From IMG/VR virus record IMGVR_UViG_3300022664_000329, positions 1-55,526 of that record: 55,526 bases of DNA. One strand, given 5' to 3'. Positions within the stretch are counted from its first letter, which is position 1. Every line of letters starts with the position of its first letter. Source of the stretch: a virus. Below, one piece after another: positions 36,212-45,366 of this stretch. The position numbers and the translations under genes are program-made. Under the pieces are notes generated by a model, which made no database searches, was not told the origin of the DNA, and saw only the letters and a list, made by a program, of their open reading frames with translations.

Positions 36212-36688
36212 ATGGAAGCCATTATCGGCGGCCTGATCGGCGGCATTTTCCGCGTCATCCCGGAGTTGATCAAACTGTTTGACGCCAAAAGCGAACGCAA
36301 GCACGAACTCGACATGCAGGATAAGGCGCTGGAGTTCCAGAAGCTCACGGGATCTCAGAAGCTGAACGAGATTACCGCGCAGGGGCAAGTGGAATGGGAT
36401 AAGCGCGCGCTCGATGCGCTGAAAGGCGCGATCGAGGGCCAGGATAAACCGAGCGGCGTAGCCTGGATCGACGGCCTCAGCAAGCTGATGCGGCCGGTCA
36501 TCACGCTGCAATGGGTGATTATTTTGTATCCCGCGGTGATCGTATCGCAGATTATTTTGCTGGTCGTGAGCGGAACTCCCGCCCCCGAGGCGGTGATCCG
36601 GATTTTCGGGACGGAGGAAAAGGCCATTACGGCGGGCATTCTGAATTTCTGGTTTTTGGGCCGCGTTTTTGATCATGTGAGACGATGA
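36212..36688 (+). CDS. Holin (158 aa), GTA/3-TM holin-like
   Basis: AAGGAGG SD before the ATG at 36212. The N-terminus MEAIIGGLIGGIFRVIPELIKLFD...ERKHELDMQ and later hydrophobic segments resemble the GTA_holin_3TM pattern. ATGA overlap with the endolysin gene. Confidence 0.55.
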   Translation: MEAIIGGLIGGIFRVIPELIKLFDAKSERKHELDMQDKALEFQKLTGSQKLNEITAQGQVEWDKRALDALKGAIEGQDKPSGVAWIDGLSKLMRPVITLQWVIILYPAVIVSQIILLVVSGTPAPEAVIRIFGTEEKAITAGILNFWFLGRVFDHVRR

Positions 36689-37122
36689 GTATTCTGGATC
36701 GCGCAAAAATACTGTGCAAGCGCCTGGCCCGCGCCTTCGAAGGCCTGGCGCTTGCCGTTTATTTCTGTCCCGCGAAAAAACCGACGATCGGTTACGGGCA
36801 TGTCTGTGCGCCGGATCATCCGCCGATCACGGCGGCCCAGGCAGAGGTCTATCTCGACGTGGATGTGATGGTCGCGCTGGCCGGCGCACTGAAATACTGC
36901 CCCGGTCTGGCCAGGCATCCGGCAAAACTCGGCGCGATTGCGGACTTCTGCTTGAACCTCGGCGTCGGCAGGCTCCAGACGTCCACGCTCCGCCGGCGCA
37001 TCAACCAGGGCGACTGGGAAGCAGCGCGCCGGGAACTCGCCAGATGGGTGTATGGCGGCGGTCGCGTGCTGCCGGGACTGGTCCGCCGGCGGGCGGCCGA
37101 AGCAAAGTTGTTCGGGGAATGA
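36685..37122 (+). CDS. Endolysin, glycoside hydrolase family 24 (phage lysozyme), 145 aa
   Basis: Signature FEGLALAVYFCPAKKPTIGYGH (catalytic Glu followed by the TIGYGH block) and LNLGVG...F further on. Confidence 0.85.
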   Translation: MSILDRAKILCKRLARAFEGLALAVYFCPAKKPTIGYGHVCAPDHPPITAAQAEVYLDVDVMVALAGALKYCPGLARHPAKLGAIADFCLNLGVGRLQTSTLRRRINQGDWEAARRELARWVYGGGRVLPGLVRRRAAEAKLFGE

Positions 37123-37232
37123 TTATTCCGGCAAAATCAGGGCGATTTTTTGCTGCAATGCTTTAGCGCCGAATGATCCGTCGAAATCGGCGCGTATCAG
37201 GTTTCCACTCACCCGGTATTCGACAACGCGCC

Positions 37233-37757
37233 CTAGTCGATACCGGTATGTGCTCCCAGGCTCCCGGTCTCCGATAACCTCCGGACCGCCTCCTTCAATT
37301 CTTTCAATTCGTTTTTCAGGGATTCGCTGCTTTGTTTTAACTCGCTGATTTTATTATCTTGTTCCTGCTTATCCTCAAAACGATCCAATGATAATGAGAA
37401 GGCTTCCAGGTTCGAGAGTAGAGCTTTGGCCGTTTTTTTGTCCGGGGATTCAATGATGCGTTTGACGGTGCGGCACGCTTCCTGCGTCTCCACCGCCCAC
37501 GATTCCATTTCCCCGGTTTTGTTTTTTTCGTCCGTCAACAGCCGGTCAAGTGATACATTGTAAATTCTGTGTAATTCCAGCATCTGCGCGCCATCCGGCA
37601 GGTTGTTGCCCAGACACCACCGCCGCACAGTTTCGTACGAGCATCCTATTTTGCGAGCAAATTCTTCTTTACTACCCCCTTCCCTTTCATCAATCAACAT
37701 ATTGATTTTAGAGGCAAATTGCAAGTATTCTACTTTGGGAGTAATTTTTCTTGACAT
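37233..37757 (-). CDS. CI-like repressor, XRE-family HTH with a coiled-coil C-terminus (174 aa from the ATG at 37757; the ORF track extends to a GTG at 37820)
   Basis: HTH segment SKEEFARKIGCSYETVRRWCLGNNLPDGAQMLELHRIYNVSLDRLL. One of only three minus-strand genes. Divergent from the early operon. Confidence 0.7.
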   Translation of the reverse strand: MSRKITPKVEYLQFASKINMLIDEREGGSKEEFARKIGCSYETVRRWCLGNNLPDGAQMLELHRIYNVSLDRLLTDEKNKTGEMESWAVETQEACRTVKRIIESPDKKTAKALLSNLEAFSLSLDRFEDKQEQDNKISELKQSSESLKNELKELKEAVRRLSETGSLGAHTGID

Positions 37758-37825
37758 TGTACTACTTTGTGTGTTATTTGCTACCCCGTCATACAAAATA
37801 AACATTGTAAGGAGTGTCACTGGTC

Positions 37826-38155
37826 ATGACGGCTCCACCCGAAATCACCACCTACTACCATTCGCTGCGCCGCGCGGTCCTCCATCTGCTCGTTGATCTG
37901 GACCTGGCCGGTCCCAAATTCAGCAACCTTCCGAAACTCGCCGCCGAACTTTCGGAATATTCCGGGCGGCGCATTTCCCGCGCGTCGCTGTCGCTGGCCC
38001 TTTCCGGCGGCCGCCAAGGGAAGAAATACGTCGAGTATCTGGCAACGTTGCAATGGATGCTCAGGCGTCAAGGCACGTCCATCCCTGTTTCAAATAACAC
38101 AATTTGCGAAAAACAACAAGAAAAGGAGGCTCATGATGATGTCGTCAAACGATGA
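37826..38155 (+). CDS. Cro-like / early regulator candidate (109 aa)
   Basis: Divergently transcribed from the repressor across a ~70-bp AT-rich gap. HTH-like stretch LPKLAAELSEYSGRRISRASLSLALSG. Confidence 0.4.
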   Translation: MTAPPEITTYYHSLRRAVLHLLVDLDLAGPKFSNLPKLAAELSEYSGRRISRASLSLALSGGRQGKKYVEYLATLQWMLRRQGTSIPVSNNTICEKQQEKEAHDDVVKR

Positions 38156-38348
38156 AGTCTATTTGTCGGTGGAAACAGATCCTCTGAATGAGCAGTATGC
38201 GCTGCGCATTCCCACAGTGACAAAACGAAAACTGGATAAGCTCAGCCGGGCGCAAAAAAAAGCGCTGAACGAGCAACTGCTGATCACGATCGCCCGAGCC
38301 ATCCACGAATCCGAATTCACACCGTCCGAATATCTGAAGGAGGAATGA
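38133..38348 (+). CDS. Small early protein (71 aa), possible ribbon-helix-helix
   Basis: AAAGGAGG SD before the ATG at 38133. Overlaps the 3' end of the upstream gene. Confidence 0.4.
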   Translation: MMMSSNDEVYLSVETDPLNEQYALRIPTVTKRKLDKLSRAQKKALNEQLLITIARAIHESEFTPSEYLKEE

Positions 38349-38349
38349 C

Positions 38350-38577
38350 GTGCGGGAAGTGATCACTCAGTCCGACGACAAGAAAACAACCGTGGCGATC
38401 AAGTCGCCATGGCTCTCGTCGTCGGAGGCGTGCGTTTACCTGGGCATCGCCCGCGCTGAGTTTTATGCGTCGGTCGCCAATGCGGTCCCTTTTCGGAAGG
38501 TCGGCCGCCGTCGGCTTTACAACTGTCACGATCTTGATGATTTCGGCAAGGAGGAAAAATATGAGCGCATCCGATGA
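38350..38577 (+). CDS. Excisionase-family / HTH_17-like DNA-binding protein (75 aa, GTG start)
   Basis: WLSSSEACVYLGIARAEFYASV...VPFRKVGRRRLYNCHDLDDF fits the AlpA/Xis-type HTH pattern. Confidence 0.5.
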   Translation: MREVITQSDDKKTTVAIKSPWLSSSEACVYLGIARAEFYASVANAVPFRKVGRRRLYNCHDLDDFGKEEKYERIR

Positions 38578-38839
38578 TGACGATATCACGTTGGCCGCCA
38601 AGGCTATGGCGCAGGCCGCACTGGCCGCGTTTGTGCTCTTCCTGGTGGTGCTGATCTGCCAACTGGCCGCGCCGACAACACGGCCGGCCCAGAACGCCGC
38701 CTCGTCGCGCAACGAACAAACATTCGCCGCGCTTTCCGCCCGGCATGGCAGGGACGCGGCCCGGCAGGTGGTCTATGAGCGCGATGGGCGCCGCTTCTAT
38801 TATCCGACCGCACAATCCGGCGAGGAGGAAATACCATGA
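38561..38839 (+). CDS. Small membrane protein (92 aa)
   Basis: AAGGAGG SD before the ATG at 38561. One transmembrane segment, AALAAFVLFLVVLICQLAA. Confidence 0.4.
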   Translation: MSASDDDDITLAAKAMAQAALAAFVLFLVVLICQLAAPTTRPAQNAASSRNEQTFAALSARHGRDAARQVVYERDGRRFYYPTAQSGEEEIP

Positions 38840-39105
38840 GGGACAGACCTGCGTCTTACGCCAAAGATAATGTGCCGGTCCCGCCCGGCATGTTCGTCGT
38901 GACAAAATTCGTCACGAGCCCGGACGCGCTCGCAGACTGGCGGGCGCACTTCACGCGCAAAGGGATCGCGACGGCGATCGTCGCGACGAAAAGCGGCAAG
39001 TATGTCTTGTGCCGGGCAGGCACGGAAGCAAACCATGACCGACTGGAACGGCAAATCTATCAGTCGGCAAAAACCAAAAGGAGGGCGGCCGCATGCTCGG
39101 GCTAA
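38836..39105 (+). CDS. Hypothetical early protein (89 aa)
   Basis: GAGGAGG SD upstream. ATGA overlap with the upstream gene. Confidence 0.4.
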   Translation: MRDRPASYAKDNVPVPPGMFVVTKFVTSPDALADWRAHFTRKGIATAIVATKSGKYVLCRAGTEANHDRLERQIYQSAKTKRRAAACSG

Positions 39106-39374
39106 TCGTCAAGATCACGAACCCGCGCGCCTCCCGCGCCGGGTCCTATCATCAGTTGGTGATTTTCAAGGACATGCTCACAGGACAATATCTGCCGATG
39201 TGTCTGCCGCACTCGGCCGACATTCTCAAACACTGGGACGGCGCACTGCAACGCGGCGCGGTCCTCGATGATCTCAATGTGGTGCTTCGCGGCAAAACGC
39301 CGATGGTGGACGCAAAATCACGCCCGCACCTGGTGACGCATATCGATCTGCATAACAGGCGCTGTAACGCCTGA
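39093..39374 (+). CDS. Hypothetical early protein (93 aa)
   Basis: AAGGAGGG SD upstream. Confidence 0.4.
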   Translation: MLGLIVKITNPRASRAGSYHQLVIFKDMLTGQYLPMCLPHSADILKHWDGALQRGAVLDDLNVVLRGKTPMVDAKSRPHLVTHIDLHNRRCNA

Positions 39375-39520
39375 TTGACCGCGGCCTGGCCAGCGGCAGG
39401 GAAACGATTCATCCCAACGAGAAAGGAGTTACTGAAAACACTGCATACACATGCCCGTTATGATCGCCGGTCCGCTGGCCGGCGCTGTAACGGATGAATC
39501 ATCAAAGGGAGGTTAAAAAG

Positions 39521-39754
39521 ATGGGAAAAGAATGTTCATTACCCGTACCTTGGAAATTGGATTTTGACGACACCGGTCTGCCGCGCGCCATCAAGGACGC
39601 CGATGGGGAGCACATTGGGTACTGCCTGCTGCGCGACGCCCGATACCAGAAGGCGCTGTTTCTCTACGGCTCGGGCGCGAACGGCAAATCCACGTTCCTG
39701 GATGTGCTGTGCGCGATGGTGGGCGAGGAAAACACGTCGTCTACTTTTACCTGA
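39521..39754 (+). pseudogene. Fragment of a D5/P4-type helicase gene (77-aa ORF carrying only the Walker A region)
   Basis: 39617-39741 is ~97% identical (about 4 mismatches in 125 nt by eye) to 41981-42105 inside the intact primase-helicase. The ORF reads ...GYCLLRDARYQKALFLYGSGANGKSTFLDVLCAMVGEENTSS and then stops. Confidence 0.6.
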
Positions 39755-39905
39755 CGCTGAGTTGTCTTCTGCTTCGTTCGGCGACGTGTTTCTTTGGGAG
39801 CTTTTGCAGGCTGCGCCGGAAAGGCGGTTGATCGATGCCGCCATTGCTCTGGCGGAACTCAAATAGACGACTCCGGCTGAATCACGAGAAAGGGAGGTTG
39901 TTGAT

Positions 39906-40184
39906 ATGACTGAGGCATCCATTATCGGCATCAATGATGCCGGAAGCACGGACATACGCGATAAGAGCGGCCAGGCTTACCGCGTGGGCCTGCTCGTCTT
40001 TTTTGTGTCGATCAACGAGGCTGCGCCGGTCCCGGTGACGGCCTATTATCCGCTTTGCTACCAGGATAGTGTTTTTAAGATGCTGAACCGCATTACGTTC
40101 GTGCAGCCGCAAAAGCCCGGCGACACGTCGGAGACGGAGCAGATCCAGATCCGGCATAATCCAGGGCTGAAAGTACGGTCATGA
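39906..40184 (+). CDS. Hypothetical protein (92 aa)
   Basis: AAGGGAGG SD upstream. ATGA overlap with the primase gene. Confidence 0.45.
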   Translation: MTEASIIGINDAGSTDIRDKSGQAYRVGLLVFFVSINEAAPVPVTAYYPLCYQDSVFKMLNRITFVQPQKPGDTSETEQIQIRHNPGLKVRS

Positions 40185-42865
40185 CGGCTACTGCTATTTC
40201 TCTGTACTCCACTTTTTTCCATCCCGGCGAGGTGGTCGAGCTGCGCGCCATGGGGCTGCGCGGTAAAAATTCCGCCTGGTCGGGATTCGCCGGCGGCAAG
40301 GCGGGTATTGTCGCCGGATATTTCGACGACGCCGATAAGTTCCAGGCCGCCGCCCTGGCGCTCGATCGCTCCGGCGCCCGCGGCGTCTATTTCACGGCCA
40401 ATCCCGTGCACCCCGCGCTCCTGGCCCGCGCGGCCAACCGACTCACCTGCCCGTCCGACGGCGAAATCACGAACGATCTCCATACGGCCTGCCTGCGCTG
40501 GTTCCTGGTCGACCTGGACGCGCCCATGCTGGACGGCTCCCGCCGCCCGAAGGGCATTTCGGCGTCGAACGAGGAAATGCAGTTGTGCATGGCCCGCGCG
40601 GAAGAGGTTGCCCGTTACCTGGAAGGCGAGCACGGTTTCGCGCGCGCGCTCCGCGGCATGAGCGGCAACGGGTATCATCTGAATTACCGCCTGCCGGATT
40701 TGCCCAACGACGACGAGCACCGATTCCTGATCCGGGACGCGATGGCGGCGCTGGCGGAGAAATTCGGCCCCGTCACGATCGATGTTTCGGTGGTCAACCC
40801 GTCGCGGATATGGAAATTCTACGGCACAACCGCGCGCAAGGGGGACTCGACCGCGGACCGGCCGCACCGCGTGGCGTATCTGTACCCGAATCAACCTGCT
40901 GTACTGGATGATATACCCAGCACGGATATCGAGACGTTTCGAAAATTCGCGTCGCTTACCGCCGCAGCGGAATCAGCGACGCATGCCGCCGGCTCCGCCC
41001 GCCAGGACCAACCTCCTCCTGCGCAGGCGTCGCAGTCGGCGGCACCTTCTCCTGTCGCCAAAACCACACGGATGAAACCCAATGAACTGGGTCCGCTCGA
41101 CATGGAAAAATATCTGTCCCATTTCGGCGTTAAACACTCGGTCAAGGAAATCACTCATTCGAAGTACGGGCCGGCGACGGCGTACGTGCTCAATCAATGT
41201 CTGTTTAACGCCGATCACACGGACGGCGAAGCGGCCATTATTGTTCCCCATAATGGTGCGTTCAAGTATCAATGTTTTCATGCGTCGTGCAAGGGGAAGA
41301 CCTGGAAGGACGCTAAATCGACAATTTCGGGCGGAAAAAATCTGGCGGAATTCTGCCGCGGCTACGATCCCGCCTGGACACCGCCCAAGGACACCGGCAC
41401 GGGCATGATGGCGGCGCTGCCGACGCCGATGACGAATGCGACGGCGCTCCAAAACGGTCTGGGCTCGCCTACCCCTGTGCCCCAGCCGACGGAAGTGGAC
41501 CCGACGGAATTCTACGAGCGCCGCGGGAAACGTCCGGCGTTCGTGCCTCTGTATCTGGCGAAATATCTTGCCGCGTATCTGCATCCGATTTGCTCCACTA
41601 ACGGCGTGTTTTATCATTATTCGAACGGACTCTGGAAGGAGTTTCCCAAGACGCAGATCGCGCAGATCTGCGTACACGCGATGCGCGAACACATCCAGGC
41701 GGCCTGGATCGACAATACGTTTAAAATCCTCGCCGGGCTCTGCAATCGGGAAGAGGCGGAATGGCCGGATAACCCCCACGTTGTCAATGTCAAAAACTGC
41801 ATGCTGGATATGGTCACGCGCGAAGTGTTCCCGCACGATCCAAAATGGGGCAGCCGCACGCAGCTGCCGGTGGAGTATCACCCGGAGTTGGACTGGTCGC
41901 CCCGCTTTATTCAATTTCTGGAGGATATTTTCCCCGAAGACGCCAAAAGCGAAAAAAAGTTTATGCTCATGCAGTTCTTCGGGTACTGCCTGCTGCGCGA
42001 CGCCCGATATCAGAAGGCGTTATTTCTCTACGGCTCGGGCGCGAACGGCAAATCCACGGTCCTGGATGTGCTGTGCGCGATGGTGGGCGAGGAAAACACG
42101 TCGTCGCTCACGCTCACGGACCTGGCCAAGCAATTCCGCGCGCATTTTCTCCAAAATAAGCTGGTCAATATTTCAACAGAAACGGAAACCCGCGATCCGC
42201 TGACGACGTCGACGTTCAAGGCGGTCGTGGACGGCTCGCCGATTACCGCTGAACGGAAATACGGAGAGGCGTATCAGTACCGGTCTTTCGCAAAGTGGAT
42301 TGTGGCGATGAATGACCCGCCGGTGATTCCCGACAAATCTCACGGTTTCGGCCGCCGTGTGATTGTTCTCGATTTCAACCGCCGGTTCGAGGAACACGAG
42401 ATTAAGGACCGGATGGCGGAGTACCTCATCGAGGAGCTGTCCGGCGTGTTCAACTGGGCGCTCGACGGCCTCAAAATGCTCCTGGCCAACAAGGGGTTTA
42501 AGCTGGGGTCGCTGGTGCGCCGAGACACGGACAAGCTGATGGAACGGATGAATCCGCTGATTTCGTTCGTCAAAGATTGCTGCGAGATCAATGACAACGC
42601 CGATCTGGACTGGTACGAGCACGTCAAACCCATGTGGCTCGCCTACACGGAATGGTGCACGGAAGGCCACAACCGCGCGATGGGCCGGAATAATTTCTAC
42701 GAGCAACTGCAATCGACGTTTTTAAGAATCAAGAAGGACCGAAAGACGATGAAGGATGGAAGTCAACCCTATGTTTTAAAGGGCATCCGGCTGACGGACG
42801 CCGGCCGCGAATACGCGGAACGCGGGCAACAACGCCTGGACCGCGGCCGCGAGAAAAAATACTGA
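40181..42865 (+). CDS. Bifunctional primase-polymerase (AEP-type) / D5-P4 family helicase (894 aa)
   Basis: N-terminal prim-pol-like region (VYFTANP...WFLVDLDAP...MSGNGYHLNYRL...NPSRIWKFYGT). Zn-binding KYQCFHASCKGKTW. D5_N-type middle region. Walker A FLYGSGANGKST with downstream VAMNDPP. C-terminal FVKDCCE...YTEWC module. Confidence 0.85.
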   Translation: MTATAISLYSTFFHPGEVVELRAMGLRGKNSAWSGFAGGKAGIVAGYFDDADKFQAAALALDRSGARGVYFTANPVHPALLARAANRLTCPSDGEITNDLHTACLRWFLVDLDAPMLDGSRRPKGISASNEEMQLCMARAEEVARYLEGEHGFARALRGMSGNGYHLNYRLPDLPNDDEHRFLIRDAMAALAEKFGPVTIDVSVVNPSRIWKFYGTTARKGDSTADRPHRVAYLYPNQPAVLDDIPSTDIETFRKFASLTAAAESATHAAGSARQDQPPPAQASQSAAPSPVAKTTRMKPNELGPLDMEKYLSHFGVKHSVKEITHSKYGPATAYVLNQCLFNADHTDGEAAIIVPHNGAFKYQCFHASCKGKTWKDAKSTISGGKNLAEFCRGYDPAWTPPKDTGTGMMAALPTPMTNATALQNGLGSPTPVPQPTEVDPTEFYERRGKRPAFVPLYLAKYLAAYLHPICSTNGVFYHYSNGLWKEFPKTQIAQICVHAMREHIQAAWIDNTFKILAGLCNREEAEWPDNPHVVNVKNCMLDMVTREVFPHDPKWGSRTQLPVEYHPELDWSPRFIQFLEDIFPEDAKSEKKFMLMQFFGYCLLRDARYQKALFLYGSGANGKSTVLDVLCAMVGEENTSSLTLTDLAKQFRAHFLQNKLVNISTETETRDPLTTSTFKAVVDGSPITAERKYGEAYQYRSFAKWIVAMNDPPVIPDKSHGFGRRVIVLDFNRRFEEHEIKDRMAEYLIEELSGVFNWALDGLKMLLANKGFKLGSLVRRDTDKLMERMNPLISFVKDCCEINDNADLDWYEHVKPMWLAYTEWCTEGHNRAMGRNNFYEQLQSTFLRIKKDRKTMKDGSQPYVLKGIRLTDAGREYAERGQQRLDRGREKKY

Positions 42866-42880
42866 TCCGATCGAGAGGAA

Positions 42881-43468
42881 ATGATGAGCAAAAAAAGTGA
42901 AGTTAAAAACGGTTCGTTCGTGCAGTTTCTCAATGACTGCTGCATATTAGTCAGTAGAGATCAAAAGCATTCTTTTTACCGTGAAATATCCGCAGCTTAT
43001 TTCTTATGGTGTGACACACATTCCGTCACAAGCCGCCTATGTCCTGCCATGCTCCGGGCCAAAATGGAAGAATATCCTTATCTGCGCCTGAATGAGACGG
43101 GATGGAAATATGCGGATCGCCTGCTGCACCTTTCCCGTATCAAAGTATTCGGGCATCACTATCAGCATATCCAGGACGACCAACTGACAATGGCCGCAGG
43201 CACGCCCGGACAGATTTGCTCACGACTGCACTGGATCAAAACCGACCCAACCGCACCCCGAACACGACAGGAAGAGGCGCTGCTGCATGAGATCTTCGAG
43301 GCGCTGCGCTATCATCTGAATCTGGAAGAAGTCATCAGCCACCAGGTCATGTCGTCACTTAGTGAAGGTTTGTTTGCCGTAATGAAGGACAATCCAGCAT
43401 ACTTTACTATCCGCATCCCGCCGTTGCCCGCGCCGACCGAACTGGGCGGAAGCGATATACCGTTTTGA
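42881..43468 (+). CDS. Hypothetical protein (195 aa) whose N-terminus resembles the C-terminal module of the primase-helicase
   Basis: SFVQFLNDCCILVSRDQKHSFYREISAAYFLWCDTH compared with ISFVKDCCEINDNADLDWYEHVKPMWLAYTEWCTEGH. Lower GC than the flanks. Confidence 0.45.
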   Translation: MMSKKSEVKNGSFVQFLNDCCILVSRDQKHSFYREISAAYFLWCDTHSVTSRLCPAMLRAKMEEYPYLRLNETGWKYADRLLHLSRIKVFGHHYQHIQDDQLTMAAGTPGQICSRLHWIKTDPTAPRTRQEEALLHEIFEALRYHLNLEEVISHQVMSSLSEGLFAVMKDNPAYFTIRIPPLPAPTELGGSDIPF

Positions 43469-43642
43469 AAGGAGAGGAAGATGATGAAGGATGGAAGTCA
43501 TCCCCATGTTTTCAAAAAGCGGCCGCTCAATATGGACCGGTCGCGTTAAAAAAAAGCTGATGCCGCTCAGTTGCGTGCACGATTATCCGCGATTATAGGC
43601 AGTGGCAAGGCCTGTAAAATACTGAAACCAAAGGAGATAAAA

Positions 43643-44422
43643 ATGAAAAATCTGAAAATCGAAAGAAAATGGCCGGATGATGTCATGATGATTCCGGTGG
43701 CCAACGGGATATTTGACGCAGAAAATAGGACCTTCACAGAATGTCAGCATGACCCGGAAACGGATTATTATATCCCTGTAAGCTACAAATTATCCGCCGG
43801 TGCCATCATGGTGGATGACTGGATCACTTTTCTGGATGAGGTTTTGCCTCACCAGCAACACCAGGACCTGCTGCAAAAGATGTTCGGGTATTGCCTGTTA
43901 CGCGACAATCGTTTTTCCCGCGCTTTTTATCTGTGCGGACCCGGAAACGGGAAATCGACCATCATCAATGTATTAATTCACATACTCGGCCATGAGAATG
44001 TTACGGCACTCAACACACAGCAACTACTACATAGTTCGTTTCGCCGGGCGATGCTACATAATCGGCTGGTTAATGTTTACGGTCAGGACGAGCTGTTCAT
44101 TACCACCACAGGTAAACCTATGGGAACCCTCGGAATCTTCAAGGCAATGGTGCAAGGTGATATCTGTACGGCTAAACACAAATATGGCAACACCTTCCAG
44201 TTTGTTCCCTTTGCAAAATGGGTAGGGAGCGGTTCCGAGATCCCGCGCATGATGGAAAATACAAGCATCGGGAGAAGAATGCAGATGATCGCTTTTAACG
44301 AGATTATCCCGCCGGAAAAAATACAGATGAATTACCACCACGTCCTGCTTCGGTCCGCGCCCGCGATTCTTTCCTGGGCGCTCGATGGTTTAGGCATGTT
44401 GATTGTAGATCAAGGATTTTAA
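43643..44422 (+). CDS. Diverged D5/P4-type helicase ATPase-domain paralogue without a primase domain (259 aa)
   Basis: AAAGGAG SD before the ATG at 43643. MFGYCLLRDNRFSRAFYLCGPGNGKSTIINVL parallels the intact gene. Lower GC. Confidence 0.6.
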   Translation: MKNLKIERKWPDDVMMIPVANGIFDAENRTFTECQHDPETDYYIPVSYKLSAGAIMVDDWITFLDEVLPHQQHQDLLQKMFGYCLLRDNRFSRAFYLCGPGNGKSTIINVLIHILGHENVTALNTQQLLHSSFRRAMLHNRLVNVYGQDELFITTTGKPMGTLGIFKAMVQGDICTAKHKYGNTFQFVPFAKWVGSGSEIPRMMENTSIGRRMQMIAFNEIIPPEKIQMNYHHVLLRSAPAILSWALDGLGMLIVDQGF

Positions 44423-44454
44423 TAAAATAATTTCTGAAAAGGAGAATAATAATC

Positions 44455-45366
44455 ATGTCCGAAGTCACGAACTCGAATGCCCGCGATCCGATTATCCACA
44501 TTATTCACCATGATGACCCCGACGGAATCTGCGCCGCCGCCATTGTTTTATTGGCTCTGAACAGCCACCCTTCCGGAAATTCGCCGCGGTTCATGTTATA
44601 TCCGGTCAACTATAACCACCCGGTCGACGTTTCCCGGATGGCCGATGGCGATAGGGTGGTGATTGTCGATTTTTCGTACCCGCCTGCGGAAATGGCGAAG
44701 ATTGAAGCGATCATCATGCCGCAAAGTATTTACTGGATTGATCACCACAAGACGGCAGAAGCCTATGGTTATCAGTACAAGGGCCTGCGCGATTTTTCCG
44801 ACAAAGGGCAGTCAGGCTGCGAGCTGGCCTGGGCGTATTTTTTCCCGAACAGACCGTTTCCGCTCGCGGTGCGACTCATCGGCGATTATGATTCCTGGCG
44901 GCTTTCGCTGACCGAATCCAAATGCTTCCACGAGGGGATCAAGATGCTCTGCCCTACTCCCAGGGCTGAGTTGTGGCATGAATTGCTGTACAAGAATTCC
45001 TCCGGCGCCCGAAGCTATGTCCAAAATGTCGGTTCCTACGCCATGCAGTACCGCGACGCCTACTGCGCCCGGATGCGTCAGTCGCACGGGTATCCGACCA
45101 CGCTGGCCGGTCATCCGGCGTACGCGCTCAATGTGTACGGTTTCGGCTCGCAGGCTTTCGGCGATCTGTTTACCTGTTTTCCTCTCGTCATTGCCTATGT
45201 GCACGACGGCCGGCGCTTCACGTGCTCGCTCTATTCGGAGACGGTCGACGTAGGGGCTATCGCTAAAAAACTGGGCGGCGGCGGACATAAAGGTGCGGCG
45301 GGCTTTGTCTGCGATGTGCTGCCGTTCAAACCCGAAGCTCTGTTTGCAGCAGGAGTCACAGAATGA
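44455..45366 (+). CDS. DHH/DHHA1-family phosphoesterase (303 aa)
   Basis: Motifs HHDDPDG, VVIVDFS, WIDHHKT and GGGGHKGAAGF. Confidence 0.8.
   Translation: MSEVTNSNARDPIIHIIHHDDPDGICAAAIVLLALNSHPSGNSPRFMLYPVNYNHPVDVSRMADGDRVVIVDFSYPPAEMAKIEAIIMPQSIYWIDHHKTAEAYGYQYKGLRDFSDKGQSGCELAWAYFFPNRPFPLAVRLIGDYDSWRLSLTESKCFHEGIKMLCPTPRAELWHELLYKNSSGARSYVQNVGSYAMQYRDAYCARMRQSHGYPTTLAGHPAYALNVYGFGSQAFGDLFTCFPLVIAYVHDGRRFTCSLYSETVDVGAIAKKLGGGGHKGAAGFVCDVLPFKPEALFAAGVTE

Noticed and set aside
36685-37122. Apparent Cys in place of the second catalytic Asp of the GH24 lysozyme (YFCPAKKPTIGYGH versus the usual Y.D....TIGYGH)
   Set aside because: This rests on an alignment made by eye. GH24 subfamilies differ at this position, so it is not reported as a finding.
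37131-37153. Possible bidirectional terminator between the endolysin and the convergent repressor gene (GCAAAATCagggcGATTTTTTGC)
   Set aside because: The stem is short and AT-rich and needs a bulge. It is too weak to call with confidence.
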